Of a DNA stretch of 64,000 bases, positions 20,067-35,579 are shown in pieces (the first letter of the stretch is position 1; each line of letters starts with the position of its first letter). The stretch comes from Candidatus Latescibacterota bacterium (GTDB lineage Bacteria; Latescibacterota; UBA2968; UBA8231). Location of the stretch: contig CBDCXV010000002.1 of assembly GCA_965223905.1 (NCBI GenBank), positions 480,001 to 544,000 on the forward strand, read 5' to 3'. Position numbers and translations under genes: made by a program. Below the pieces are notes generated by a model, which searched no databases, was not told where the DNA came from, and saw only the letters and a list, made by a program, of their open reading frames with translations.

Positions 20067-20576
20067 TCAGGCTGGGTCTCCTGAGAGCCGACCTTCGTCG
20101 TCGATATGGACGACTCGGTCAGGACGGTTGGGGCTCCACTTCCACATCACGAGGTTGAGATCATTGGCGCCAGACCCGGCGGCGAAACTCCGGACCCGCA
20201 TGCCGGCATAACCTGCGGCGATCAGGCGGTCGGCCAGCGCCTGCGAGGCAGGGACCGACCCGGCCAGCATCTGCGCTTCCCAAGTGGGGCATGCGAGATC
20301 GGAATCGTCAACGCCCAAGGACCGGCACTGCTCTTCGTCCAGCGCATCGAAGACGGGCTCCGCATCGACCTCATAGGCGCAAAGGGTGATCGGCTGCAAT
20401 GTCCGGCCCAGCGGCTGCGCTTCGCGTACGGCAGTCAACAGCGCCAGCGAGGTATAGAGCGCGGGAATTCCACGCCGATTGAAGCGGCCGCCGTACCGGC
20501 GCGCGCCCTCGCCCGACAACGGCGTCCAGGACCACTGGGGATTGTGCGCCCGGTAAACCATCCCCCGGAATCGCAT
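20067..20576 (-). CDS. RES-domain toxin
   Basis: 'VYRAH', 'GGRFN', 'ALYTS....A.RE', 'SQALA', 'VRSFA', 'NLV.W'. Confidence 0.9.
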   Translation of the reverse strand: MRFRGMVYRAHNPQWSWTPLSGEGARRYGGRFNRRGIPALYTSLALLTAVREAQPLGRTLQPITLCAYEVDAEPVFDALDEEQCRSLGVDDSDLACPTWEAQMLAGSVPASQALADRLIAAGYAGMRVRSFAAGSGANDLNLVMWKWSPNRPDRVVHIDDEGRLSGDPA

Positions 20577-20591
20577 CAGGACAGCAGGGAC

Positions 20592-20942
20592 TCAGGCATA
20601 GCCGCCTGCCATGATCCGGTCCAGGTAGGCACGCACTTGATCGGCCCTGCCTTCGCGCAGCAGCTGATCCGGGGTGGCGCCACCAAAGCCGGGCAGCGGC
20701 TCGGAGCGGAACCAGGCGTAGGCGGCTAGGGGGGATCCAGTTTCCTCTTCAACGCGGTTCAGGATCTCCAGCATCTGGCGCAGACGGATCTGCGTCTTGC
20801 GCGCCCGAACCCGGGATGCGCGCGTGAATGCGTCCTTTCCGAGGCCCAACGTGCCGGCGATCTCCGACTTGGTGGTGCGCAGGGCGTCGGCGACGAGCGT
20901 CGGTGAAAACACCTGATCCTCGACGAATTCATGGAATCGCAT
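20592..20942 (-). CDS. Xre/MbcA/ParS-type antitoxin
   Basis: 'AYAWFRSEPLPGFGGATP.QLL..G....V..YL'; directly upstream of RES. Confidence 0.9.
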   Translation of the reverse strand: MRFHEFVEDQVFSPTLVADALRTTKSEIAGTLGLGKDAFTRASRVRARKTQIRLRQMLEILNRVEEETGSPLAAYAWFRSEPLPGFGGATPDQLLREGRADQVRAYLDRIMAGGYA

Positions 20943-21051
20943 AACTACACCTCACAGTTTATGACATAATATAGCGAGATAAAATGTGTCAATCCAGGGT
21001 CATTGGGAGGTGCTGACGACGCCGTAATGGGAGTCAAGCCACAACATGCCC

Positions 21052-21067
21052 TTGACAACATATGTTG
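21052..21067 (+). promoter_or_regulatory. -35 box with a 12-bp palindromic operator
   Basis: TTGACA at 21052 overlapping CAACATATGTTG (21056-21067), upstream of the XRE gene. Confidence 0.5.
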
Positions 21068-21165
21068 CCGAAGACACCGTCCATGAGCGCCTTCGATCCG
21101 GCCCGCAAGGCCGACGAGCCATTTGACCGGAACCTGGCCCGGCTCGCAAACACAGGAGGTTCCTG

Positions 21166-21519
21166 ATGCCTTTGAACGTGGAAGAAAAGATCGCGAGGCT
21201 CGATCCTGCCCGGCGCCGCAAGGTCGAGGATCGGGCGGCAGAGCTCATTGCCGAGGAGATGAGCCTGCGCCAGCTTCGCAAGGCCCGGCAGCTCACCCAG
21301 GCGCACGTCGCGCACCAACTGGGGATCTCGCAGGACGGGGTCTCCCGGCTCGAGCAACGAAGTGATCTATTGCTTTCGACGTTGCGCAAGACGGTGGAAG
21401 CCATGGGCGGCAGCCTGTCGCTCATCGCCAGATTCCCGGATCGTCCGCCGGTCGAGCTGTCCGGCATCGCCGACGGAAGCCCTCCAGCGGCGACCTCCGC
21501 GGCCAAGCCCAATGCCTGA
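21166..21519 (+). CDS. XRE-family HTH antitoxin (HigA-like); cognate toxin reduced to a C-terminal stub
   Basis: 'LRQLRKARQLTQ.HVA..LGISQ..VSRLEQRSDLLLSTL'; upstream remnant 'ARKADEPFDRNLARL'. Confidence 0.85.
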   Translation: MPLNVEEKIARLDPARRRKVEDRAAELIAEEMSLRQLRKARQLTQAHVAHQLGISQDGVSRLEQRSDLLLSTLRKTVEAMGGSLSLIARFPDRPPVELSGIADGSPPAATSAAKPNA

Positions 21520-21581
21520 CGACCGCCGCCCGAATTCTCAGCGGCAGATCCCTTCGTCAGCGTGACGGTCGGAGCAAGAGC

Positions 21582-22601
21582 GTGAAGACGGTTGCATTCT
21601 TCAACAACAAGGGAGGAGTGGGCCAGACCTCTCTCGTCTACCATCTGGCGTGGATGTTCGCCGAGCGGGGCCGCAGGGTCATTGCGGCAGACCTGGACCC
21701 TCAGGCCAATCTGAGCGGAATGTTCCTGACCGAAGAAACGTTGGAGGAGATGTCGAACGATCCGGCCAGGAAGACGATCAACGACGACATCGCGCCGCTC
21801 TTCGACGGGACCGGAGACATCGCCTCCGCTCCCCACGTCGAAGAGATCGGCGAAAGGATCGGGCTGCTCACCGGCGATCTCGGCCTGTCCGGACAGGAGG
21901 ATGACCTTTCGAGTCAATGGCCCCTCTGCCTGGACCGAAATCCACGAGCCTTCCGCGTAACCACGGCGTTCGCCCGACTCATTTGCCGCGCCGGAACAGG
22001 GTTCGACGCCGACCTCGCTCTTGTGGACGTGGCACCCAATCTGGGCGCCCTGAACCGGGCCTCTCTGGTGGCGTGCGACCACGTGATCGTTCCACTTGCG
22101 CCCGATCTGTTCTCCCTGCAGGGACTGCGCAACGTCGGGCCGACCCTGAGGATATGGCGGGAAGCCTGGTCCGAGCGGCGTGCAAAGAAGCCGGAAGACC
22201 TGGAGTTGGATCTGCCGCCAGGATCGATGCAGCCGGCCGGCTACGTCATCGTGCGGCACTCGATCAGGAACTACCGGCCGGCCAAGACCTTCGCGCGGAT
22301 TGAAGAGATCCCCGGGGAGTATCGGCAATCCGTCGTGCAGGCGGGTGACTGCAGCGCTGACTCCGCCTCCGTCGACCCCCACCTCCTCGCCCACCTGAAA
22401 GACTACCGCGCCCTGATGCCGCTGGCTCAGGAGGCGAGCAAACCCATGTTCATGCTGGTATCCGCCGACGGAGCCATCGGCGGATACCAGACGGCGGTCC
22501 AGGATTGCTACCGCGAGTTCAGGGACCTGGCACTGAAGATCGAAGACCGCATCGGTGTGGCCGATGACAGCGGAGACCCACGCGGTCCTTCGGCAGGATG
22601 A
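21582..22601 (+). CDS. ParA/Soj-like ATPase with a variant Walker A
   Basis: 'FNNKGGVGQTS', 'DLDPQANLS', 'LVDVAPNLG.LN', 'PDLFSLQGL'. Confidence 0.85.
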   Translation: MKTVAFFNNKGGVGQTSLVYHLAWMFAERGRRVIAADLDPQANLSGMFLTEETLEEMSNDPARKTINDDIAPLFDGTGDIASAPHVEEIGERIGLLTGDLGLSGQEDDLSSQWPLCLDRNPRAFRVTTAFARLICRAGTGFDADLALVDVAPNLGALNRASLVACDHVIVPLAPDLFSLQGLRNVGPTLRIWREAWSERRAKKPEDLELDLPPGSMQPAGYVIVRHSIRNYRPAKTFARIEEIPGEYRQSVVQAGDCSADSASVDPHLLAHLKDYRALMPLAQEASKPMFMLVSADGAIGGYQTAVQDCYREFRDLALKIEDRIGVADDSGDPRGPSAG

Positions 22602-22723
22602 GCCGCCCAACCGGGAGCTCTTGGGCCGCCAGATTCCCAGATCGTCCGCCAGTCGAACTGTCCGGCATCGCCGACGGCGACCCCCGCGACTGCCGCCGCC
22701 GTCGGTCCACTGAAGAGGTGACC

Positions 22724-22981
22724 ATGACCGCAACTAACAGAATGTCGCCGGTGCATCCCGGGGAGATCCTGCGGGACGAGATGGACGAGCGCGACCTTTC
22801 CGCCAACGCACTGGCCCAGGCGCTCGACATCCCCGCAAACCGGATCACCGCCATCCTCAACGGGCAGCGGGGTGTCACGCATGACACCGCACGCCGACTG
22901 TCCCGGTACTTCGGGACCACGCCAGAACTCTGGCTCAATCTGCAGAAGACCTGGGAGCTCCGCCGCGCCGAGATCGGGTGA
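22724..22981 (+). CDS. higA: HigA addiction-module antitoxin (orphan)
   Basis: 'PVHPGEILRDE...LAQAL.IPANRIT.ILNG.RGVT.DTA.RL.RYFGTTPE.WLNLQ'; GAGG RBS. Confidence 0.88.
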   Translation: MTATNRMSPVHPGEILRDEMDERDLSANALAQALDIPANRITAILNGQRGVTHDTARRLSRYFGTTPELWLNLQKTWELRRAEIG

Positions 22982-23009
22982 GGTACCTGCCCTGACGGGA
23001 CATCTTCCA

Positions 23010-24908
<1,899 letters not shown>

Positions 24909-25029
24909 GGCGTGCTGTCCGGAAGTCCGGCCCGGTGGCGGGGCACCCATCGCGTCCTACGGGATGTCCAATGTTGATCTTCGAAATAAGAATACATACT
25001 GTTTCAGTACGTATTGAAAGGAGGGTGAC

Positions 25030-25251
25030 ATGGAAGCTACACTCTCTCAGAGAGGGCAGGTGACCATTCCGAAGCCCTGCCGCGACAAGCTCGGGCTCAA
25101 GAAGGGCACGGTCCTGAATTTCGAGGCCAGGGACGGGATCCTCGTGGTGCGCAAGGTTCAACCTGAGGACGTGTTCCGCAAGTGGAGGGGTCGCGGCCGG
25201 CTTCCGGCCGGGCTTGGAGTCGACGAATACCTCGACGAAGTACGGGGATGA
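25030..25251 (+). CDS. AbrB/MazE-type antitoxin
   Basis: 'LSQRGQVTIPK..R.KLGL..G..L.F'; ATGA overlap with the PIN gene. Confidence 0.88.
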   Translation: MEATLSQRGQVTIPKPCRDKLGLKKGTVLNFEARDGILVVRKVQPEDVFRKWRGRGRLPAGLGVDEYLDEVRG

Positions 25252-25661
25252 TTTCGGCCGTCGACTCATCCGTCATTCTGGACGTCGTCACTGCCGACCC
25301 CCGTCACGCCGATGAGTCCGAAGGGGTCCTGCTCCGCGCGTCACGGGAAGGGCAGGTCATCGCCTGTGAATGCGTCCTCGCCGAGATCCATCCGGCATTC
25401 GACGGTCCGGACTCCTTCGAGGAGTTCCTCACCGACTGGCAGGTGGAGTTCGTGCCATCCTCACGGCAGAGCGCGATCCTGGCCGGCCGCCACTTCGCCG
25501 CATATCTGCAACGGGGAGGCGCACGCCGTCGAATCGTGGCCGACTTCCTGATCGGCGCCCACGCGCAGACGCTGGCCGACCGCCTCGTGGCGCGCGACCG
25601 GGGATACCTGCGGGACTATTTCTCCGGGCTCAAGTTGCTCGATCCCTCCTCACCGGGTTGA
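25248..25661 (+). CDS. vapC: PIN-domain (VapC) toxin
   Basis: 'AVDSSVILD', 'VLAE', 'ADFLIGAHA', 'L.ARDRG'. Confidence 0.88.
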   Translation: MISAVDSSVILDVVTADPRHADESEGVLLRASREGQVIACECVLAEIHPAFDGPDSFEEFLTDWQVEFVPSSRQSAILAGRHFAAYLQRGGARRRIVADFLIGAHAQTLADRLVARDRGYLRDYFSGLKLLDPSSPG

Positions 25662-25673
25662 CCCCATCGCCGG

Positions 25674-26502
<829 letters not shown>

Positions 26503-26513
<11 letters not shown>

Positions 26514-27789
26514 AGGCTCAACAGGAACTTCGGAAATGCCGCCCGGATGGCGGATCAGCCCTGTAGGGGAGGTCGTTGGGGTTCATAAGGAACAGGTTAC
26601 GCCTGAATTCCATCCAACCAGGCAATTCCATCACTTCTCGATTCCTGCCTACGACGAAAACAATGGACCTGTGATGGAGTCAGGTCGAGATATCGGCAGC
26701 AATAAGACCACGGTCCCACCCAATTCAGTACTCGTCTCAAAACTCAACCCACGAATACCAAGGGTGTGGATGCCGGAAATTGAAGAACGGCACCATGCCA
26801 TTGCCTCAACGGAATTCCTGGTCCTTCGACCAACGCATATTGATCGTGGCTTCTTGAAGCACCTGTTCCTCTCTCCACTCATGTCCTCGGAACTAGTGGC
26901 GCGAGCAACCGGGACAACTCGTAGCCATCAGAGGGTTCGTGCTCCTGATGTCCTTGCCATCCCAGTAGGTCTTCCTCCCCTTCCCGAGCAGCGAAAAATT
27001 GCCGCAATCCTCTCCTCAGTGGACGACGCCATCGAGAAGACCCAGGCGGTCATCGACCAGGTGCAGGTCGCCAAGCGCGGCCTGATGCAGGAGCTGCTCA
27101 CGCGGGGCCTGCCGGGCGGGCACACGCGGTTCAAGCAAACGGAGATCGGTGCAATACCCGTATGCTGGCAACTTGCATTGCTTGCCGAAGTGCTTGACGG
27201 AATAGATGCAGGATGGAGCCCTAAGTGTGAAGGGCGACCAGCAGCACTTAGCGAGTGGGGGGTGCTAAAGGTTAGCAGTATTTCGAGTGGACACTTCAAG
27301 CCTCACGAGAACAAGGTTCTCGCTGAGGGGTTGGAAACACGTGTTCAGCTTGAAGTAATGGAGGGCGATGTCTTGGTTGCTCGCGCCAGTGGTGTGCTGG
27401 GCCTTGTTGGACGTTCTGCGTTTGTGCACGGAACCAGACCGAGACTAATGCTGTCCGATAAGACACTGCGCCTGAAAGCCAAGGAATCTGTATTGCGGCC
27501 AATGTTTCTCAGTCTTCTCTTGGAAGATCCGCGAGTTCGGCGACAAATCCTTATGCGGACGACCGGCAGTCACATGAGAAATATTTCGCAACAGGCGCTC
27601 CGACGAGTGCTGGTTCCGGTTCCGTCATTAGATGAGCAAGAACGCATTGAAGTACTGGAAGTTTACGCCGGGACCCGATTGGAAGAGGAGAGGAAATCCC
27701 AAGATCAGTTGGAAGCAGTCAAAAGGACACTCATGTCCGTCCTCCTCACCGGCGAGCTCCGGCTCACCCCTGACACCGAAGTCGCATGA
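26503..27789 (+). CDS. hsdS: Type I restriction-modification specificity subunit S
   Basis: Two AT-richer TRDs and conserved 'LPPLPEQRKIAAILSSVD..I', 'PSLDEQ', 'LM..LLTG'. Confidence 0.93.
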
Positions 27790-27829
27790 CCCCCAAGGCA
27801 ACCGGCTGGGCCGAGCTGCACCTCGCGGG
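27786..27829 (+). repeat. Stub of the hsdR 5' end (copy 1)
   Basis: ATGACCCCCAAGGCAACCGGCTGGGCCGAGCTGCACCTCGCGG, matching the hsdR start at 31759. Confidence 0.85.
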
Positions 27830-27933
27830 GTGCGGCTCGATCAGGCAGGCGCCGTGGAGACGGGTAGTGTATAGCGCAAAATGAGGCAGGGTGGGACAGA
27901 AACCCCAATGGCTGAGACAGGGGAGAGACAGAA

Positions 27934-28821
27934 ATAGCGTTTTCGACAGCGACAAAAGAGGCCGTGCGTAAGAGTTCATGGTTCGCATGTTGCCTGTGCA
28001 GAAAAATCAGCATGGGACTCGAAGTGCATCACATCGTGCCCAAAGCAGAGGGCGGGTCTGACTCAGAGGACAATGCCGCACCGTTGTGTCCGACTTGCCA
28101 CAGGATTTTCGGAGGTAACCCTGAACTGCGCTCTCGAATACGCGGTATGCGGAATTGGTGGTACAAGGCCTGCGAGTGTTTGTTCGCAGAGCGCGAACCT
28201 GGGCAGGTGTTCCGTTCGATTCACGAACTCTTCTCTACAGATGAGCTGGAACGATTGACGATCCACAACCCAACCTATGTACTCGGTACGGCCGGTGAAG
28301 GACTCGGGTCAACAAGGTTCTCTTTTCATGGGGAGGAGTATGTTCATCCGTTGATCGTCAAGGAACTACTCGGGTGGATTTCGGACAGCAACGAGACAGT
28401 TGTTGGGGTTGATTTGAAATCGGCCCACCGAAGCAACAGGTTTTCCGGAGACTTTTCGGTGCAGGACGATGAAGCGAGTACAATGGTTGAATGGCGGGAC
28501 GAGAGAGAGTCGTTCAAGTACAGGCATGTGGCAACCACGCCGTCTGGCATAGAGATAGTAGAGTGCTACGATTGGGGAGGAGGCAGTGGGGTATTCGGGA
28601 CGGTCGCCTTGTTCTGCCTTGAACTAGATCGAGCAGCAGAAGCTGTTGGTGGATCACTCTCCTCCCGTGATCGTCATGTACTTAAAATCCTTGGCCAGTT
28701 CGGGCTTGGTGATCGGTATAGCGGCGACATTCAGTATGGGAACGGCGTGCTTGAGGTTGGGCCGGATCGGGGATGGTTCAGAAGGGGAAGGGAAGCGGCA
28801 TGGCGACTACCCGTCCTGTAA
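27934..28821 (+). CDS. HNH endonuclease with an uncharacterised C-terminal domain
   Basis: 'CCLC...LEVHHIVP...GG.D..DNA.PLCPTCH'; in-frame ATA at 27934 after GGAGAG, first standard start GTG at 27964. Confidence 0.75.
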   Translation: MAFSTATKEAVRKSSWFACCLCRKISMGLEVHHIVPKAEGGSDSEDNAAPLCPTCHRIFGGNPELRSRIRGMRNWWYKACECLFAEREPGQVFRSIHELFSTDELERLTIHNPTYVLGTAGEGLGSTRFSFHGEEYVHPLIVKELLGWISDSNETVVGVDLKSAHRSNRFSGDFSVQDDEASTMVEWRDERESFKYRHVATTPSGIEIVECYDWGGGSGVFGTVALFCLELDRAAEAVGGSLSSRDRHVLKILGQFGLGDRYSGDIQYGNGVLEVGPDRGWFRRGREAAWRLPVL

Positions 28822-28934
28822 TTTGAGTCAGATGGCAGTGAGGGGTTGTTGTTCTGGTGGCTGCTTTCCTTATCCGAGACGCGGCGTACGAAATTGCTAC
28901 CCGCCATCCGGTACCAGGCAGAACTCAGCCGATA

Positions 28935-29202
28935 TCAAGCGATCGATGAGTCGGCTGGCGACCCTCGACCGTTGATGAAGACGTTTCGGAATGGGGGCCT
29001 TCGGGACCTTCGAGCCGAGCCAGACTCAGCCGCAACTGGAACGGCTTGAGCAACCGGTTCAACGTGGCCTGCGTCGGGTTGTGCCGCGGGTGAATCGCAC
29101 GCAGGACCTTCGGACCCGCCATCCCCGCTCGCTCGCCGAACTCCTTGACGCCTCATTGCCCGAATCACCTTTCCAAGGGCGGTCTGGACCGGCAGTTCCT
29201 CA
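28935..29202. pseudogene. Fused antitoxin fragments (HI1420-like piece on +, copy of 29720-29915 on -)
   Basis: 'IDESAGDPRPLMKTFRN' matches the 31186 protein; 'LRAIHPRHNPTQATLNRLL' matches the 29716 protein. Confidence 0.75.
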
Positions 29203-29463
29203 TCAGCACGGACCAACCGACCAGGGATCGATGACCTTGATTCGCGTGTCCTCGAAATCCCGCACGTTGCGCGTCACCAGGGCAGCGTCCCGGGAGCGGC
29301 ATATGGCCGCGATCTGGCAGTCGGCCTCGCCGATCGGCCCGCCCGCGCGGCGGCGGTCGGCCGCGATCTCCGCGTAGGCTCGGTCGGCGGCGCTGTCGAA
29401 CGGCAGAATCCGTTCTCTGAAGCCTTGTTCGAGCCACCGGTTCATGGCAAACATGCCGGCCGC
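29203..29463 (-). pseudogene. FitB/VapC PIN toxin with the N-terminus deleted
   Basis: 'RILPFD..A...YA', 'ADCQIAAI', 'LVTRNVRDF'; no N-terminal LDTN motif. Confidence 0.8.
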
Positions 29464-29709
29464 TCAGGAGAAATCCGGAGGCTTGCGCATCGGGCCGCGC
29501 GGGGGGAGTTCGAGCTCCACGCCGCCAAGGGACGCGAAGCACTCGCGGGTGAACTTCGCCAGGTCGGGGGGACCGGTCCGCCCATCATTGACAGCGTCAC
29601 GCAGGATGATGCGCACCTCTTCCTCCATCGAACGGTGATTCTCGGCGGCGCGCACGCGCAGTCGCGTCCTCACGTCGTCGTCGAGATTGCGGATCGTGAT
29701 GGTCGCCAT
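29464..29709 (-). CDS. FitA/StbC-type ribbon-helix-helix antitoxin
   Basis: 'MATITIRNLDDDV..RLRVRAA...RSMEEEVR.IL'. Confidence 0.88.
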   Translation of the reverse strand: MATITIRNLDDDVRTRLRVRAAENHRSMEEEVRIILRDAVNDGRTGPPDLAKFTRECFASLGGVELELPPRGPMRKPPDFS

Positions 29710-29715
29710 TGGCCG

Positions 29716-30009
29716 TTAGGGACCTTCGAGCCGAGCCAGACTCAGCCGTAGCTGAAACCGCTTGAGCAACCGGTTCAACGTGGCCTGTGTCGGGTTGTGC
29801 CGCGGGTGAATCGCACGCAAGACGTTCGGACCCGCCATCCCCGCGCGCTCGCCGAACTCCTTGACGCCCATGGCCCGAATCACCTTTCCAAGGGCGGTCT
29901 GGACCGGCAGTCCCTCATCCATGGCTGCAAGAAGGAATTCGCGTGCGAACTCCGGGTCGCGCAGGTCCTGCGCCAGTCCTTCGTTCCAATCTCGACTGCG
30001 TCGTGCCAT
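29716..30009 (-). CDS. Addiction-module antidote / DNA-binding protein (orphan)
   Basis: 'LRDPEFA.EFL..A.DEG....AL..VIRA.GV.....RA....NPT..TL'; AGAGG RBS. Confidence 0.8.
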   Translation of the reverse strand: MARRSRDWNEGLAQDLRDPEFAREFLLAAMDEGLPVQTALGKVIRAMGVKEFGERAGMAGPNVLRAIHPRHNPTQATLNRLLKRFQLRLSLARLEGP

Positions 30010-30149
30010 GTCACGTCCTCTCCGGATAGTCTCGCCAATAGTCCTGAGCGCGGCGGATCCGGCAACCGGAACCCCCGGATTGGGGACGGTAACGAAGATC
30101 GCTTCGGCCTGCGGGGTGACGCTGCGGTTCGTACAGCGGGGATCCATGA

Positions 30150-30232
30150 GCTGAAAGCCGTCTCAGTTACTCCTGAACTCGAACCCCCATGACCTGCAAG
30201 ACCACCGGCTGGGACGAGCTGCACCTCGCGGA
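30150..30232 (+). repeat. Stub of the hsdS 3'/hsdR 5' junction (copy 2)
   Basis: '..VTPELEPP*' overlapping ATGACCTGCAAGACCACCGGCTGGGACGAGCTGCACCTCGCGG at 30189. Confidence 0.8.
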
Positions 30233-30624
30233 CGGGCAAGCGACGGGACAGACTTGAGCCAATAATTGGCTTTATTTGGTTACGGTTCGGTAAGTTTTGC
30301 TTTTTGCGTCCCACTCATAATGACCAATGGTTGGAACGAGCCTTTCATTCTTTCCCCTGGAGACTTCTCTCGATCTTCGCTCTACTGGCGCGCCTTCCTG
30401 CTGCACAGTCCTTTTGGATGGTTCTCGTTTTCTTGCCATAATTCTTCCTCCTTAACGTACCATTCCGATCAGTCGCTTTTCACAAAAGGTTCAATATTTT
30501 GGCCGAGCATATGCCTACAGAAAGGCCTGGCAGATTTTGCCCAAAAACAACATTGGGCCAATAAGCGGTTATCTGTTTTATAAAGTTGCTCCAGTTCATT
30601 GATTTGGGTGGACCTGATTACTCT

Positions 30625-30845
30625 TCAAGGTGTAGAGGCCGCCCTGCGGGCGATACCGGCACGTTTGGCGGTCGTTAGCCTTGCAGGACGGGCTTTAGCC
30701 AACCATGTCGCCGAGCTATTCGGGCGAGATCTGACAGTTTGCGGAGACTCTTCGATTTTCGCCCGTGACGACCTTTGCGGCGTGTATGGAGCAGCCGATG
30801 ACGTCGGCTGGCCGTTTCTGGCCTTGGGGCTCTGCAGGGATGGCC
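30625..30845 (-). pseudogene. Remnant of a small basic transposase-associated protein
   Basis: 'PQGQKRPADVIGC.....K..TGE / IEE...KAR.ARLT..KR..IARRAA' across a frameshift. Confidence 0.4.
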
Positions 30846-31062
30846 GCCCCCCCACCGGGTTTGACGGGGGGCCTAAAATAAAGAGTTCCCAAAGGCAGAT
30901 CACCGATTTTTATCGCGGTTCCCCTCTCATTGTCAAGGCTTTTGCGTTGCCATGTCAAGGGCGTATGAGCAAATTTTTCGCAAAATCCGTGCCATAGCCA
31001 GTCGGATTGGATTTCAAATGGAGATAACTACCGGTGATCGCAAGATCCGACGCGAATGCTAC

Positions 31063-31093
31063 TTGACGTAGTGTAGCCAAACGGCTACACAAT
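31063..31093 (+). promoter_or_regulatory. TA operon promoter/operator
   Basis: TTGACG followed by the inverted repeat GTGTAGCC-AAAC-GGCTACAC (31071-31090). Confidence 0.6.
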
Positions 31094-31185
31094 TGTATGG
31101 GATCGGGATCGTCCACTAAGTTGCCGCTGACGGTACGATCCCGTTCGATGCATGGTTCCGAAGACGTACAGACAGGAGAAAAGGC

Positions 31186-31485
31186 ATGTCCGTCAGAGCT
31201 CATGATGCCAGCGAATACCTCCGGACCCCGGAGGATGTCGCGGCGTACCTCAACGCCGCGATCGAGGAATCGGATGGCGACCCGCGCCTCTTGATGAAGG
31301 CGTTTCGGAACGTCGCCGCGGCCCAGGGTGGTGTTTCCGCCATGGCGCGGAGAGCCGAGGTAGACCGCGTGGCTCTCTCCCGCGGCTTGTCGGGAAACCG
31401 GGACCCCCGATTGGGGACGGTGACGAAGATCGCCGCGGCCTGCGGCGTGACCCTGCGGTTCGAGCAGCGTGGATCCACGGGTTGA
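31186..31485 (+). CDS. Addiction-module antidote (HI1420-like); upstream HigB-like toxin reduced to a stub
   Basis: 'DASEYL.TPED.AAYL.AA.E..GDP.L...A...VA.A.GG.S..AR'; upstream 'IVH*VAADGTIPFDAWF'. Confidence 0.85.
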   Translation: MSVRAHDASEYLRTPEDVAAYLNAAIEESDGDPRLLMKAFRNVAAAQGGVSAMARRAEVDRVALSRGLSGNRDPRLGTVTKIAAACGVTLRFEQRGSTG

Positions 31486-31508
31486 ACCTTATATGAGGAG
31501 ACCAAGAC

Positions 31509-31736
31509 ATGGCGATATCAATTAAACTTCCTGCTGACGCAGAGCAACGGCTTGAATTTCTGGCGCAGCAAACCGGGCGCACCAAGGATGTCTGCCTGCG
31601 CGAGACTATCGCACGGGGTCTTGATGACATGGAGGACTACTATCTCGGTGCCGAAGTCCTGAAGCGCGTCCGAGACGGTGGGGAGCAGGTATATTCCGCT
31701 GCCGAGGTGAAGAAGTCGCTTTGTCTGGACGATTGA
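31509..31736 (+). CDS. RelB/TraY-like RHH antitoxin; RelE partner truncated
   Basis: 'SIKLP...EQRL..LA..TGRTK....RE.I...L.D.EDYYL'; overlapping 'WTIEYT*' stub. Confidence 0.82.
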   Translation: MAISIKLPADAEQRLEFLAQQTGRTKDVCLRETIARGLDDMEDYYLGAEVLKRVRDGGEQVYSAAEVKKSLCLDD

Positions 31737-31758
31737 GTACACCTAGACTGCCACCCCC

Positions 31759-34769
<3,011 letters not shown>

Positions 34770-34773
<4 letters not shown>

Positions 34774-35498
34774 CCGGAAGCCTGGAAACTTCGGAGATCG
34801 CCTGGGGGGATTCGCGGCTGACCTATGCCATCCGGCGTAGCGCCCGGCGGAAGAAGACCGTGGCAGTGACGGTGGATCCGGCCGGCGGGGTGTTGCTGGT
34901 GGCCCCGGAGCAGATCAGCACCAGCCGACTGGATGCGATGGTCCGGCGGAAGGCACCGTGGATCGTGAAGCGGCTCCGGGGGGTGGAGTCGGGGGATCCT
35001 CCTCCGCCGCGGGAGTTCGTCAGCGGGGAGAGCGTGATGTACCTGGGACGGCACTACCGGCTGAAGGTTGATTCCGGGGGGCCGGGGGAGGCGAAGCTGC
35101 GCGGCGGCTGGCTGCACGTTCCCGCGCCAGCGGGGGAGGGGCAGCGGGATCAGGTGCGAGCGGCGTTGGTCTCGTGGCTGCGGGGGCACGCCGAGGTGCG
35201 GTTGCCGGAACGGGTGGAGATGTGGCGGCCGAAGGTGGGCGTGGAGATGCCCCAGGTGGTGATCTCAGACCAGCAGAAGAGGTGGGGTAGCTGCGACCGC
35301 AGCGGGACCATTCGGCTGAACTGGCGCATCATCCAGGCCCCGATGCGGTTGGTTGACTACGTTGTGGTTCACGAGTTGGTGCATCTGCGGCACCGGGGGC
35401 ACGGCCGGGACTACTGGCAGGCCCTTGGGCGGATTATGCCGGATTATGAGCGCCGGCGGGAGGATCTGCGGCACCGGGGGCTAGGATTCGCGTGGTAG
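34770..35498 (+). CDS. M48/YgjP (DUF45) zinc metallopeptidase-like protein
   Basis: 'RWGSC', 'LNW', 'DYVVVHELVHL..H'; ATGA overlap with hsdR. Confidence 0.9.
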
Positions 35499-35579
35499 CT
35501 ACCGTGTAAGTCCTCCCAGATTTCCTTGGCAAACCCCACTTGCGCACCTCTCTCCCACCCTCCCTTGCGGATGAGGCCT

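Noticed and set aside
27863-31032. GGTAGTGT...ACTACC as the ends of one IS1-like element
   Set aside because: Only about 6 bp match, with no transposase or target duplication
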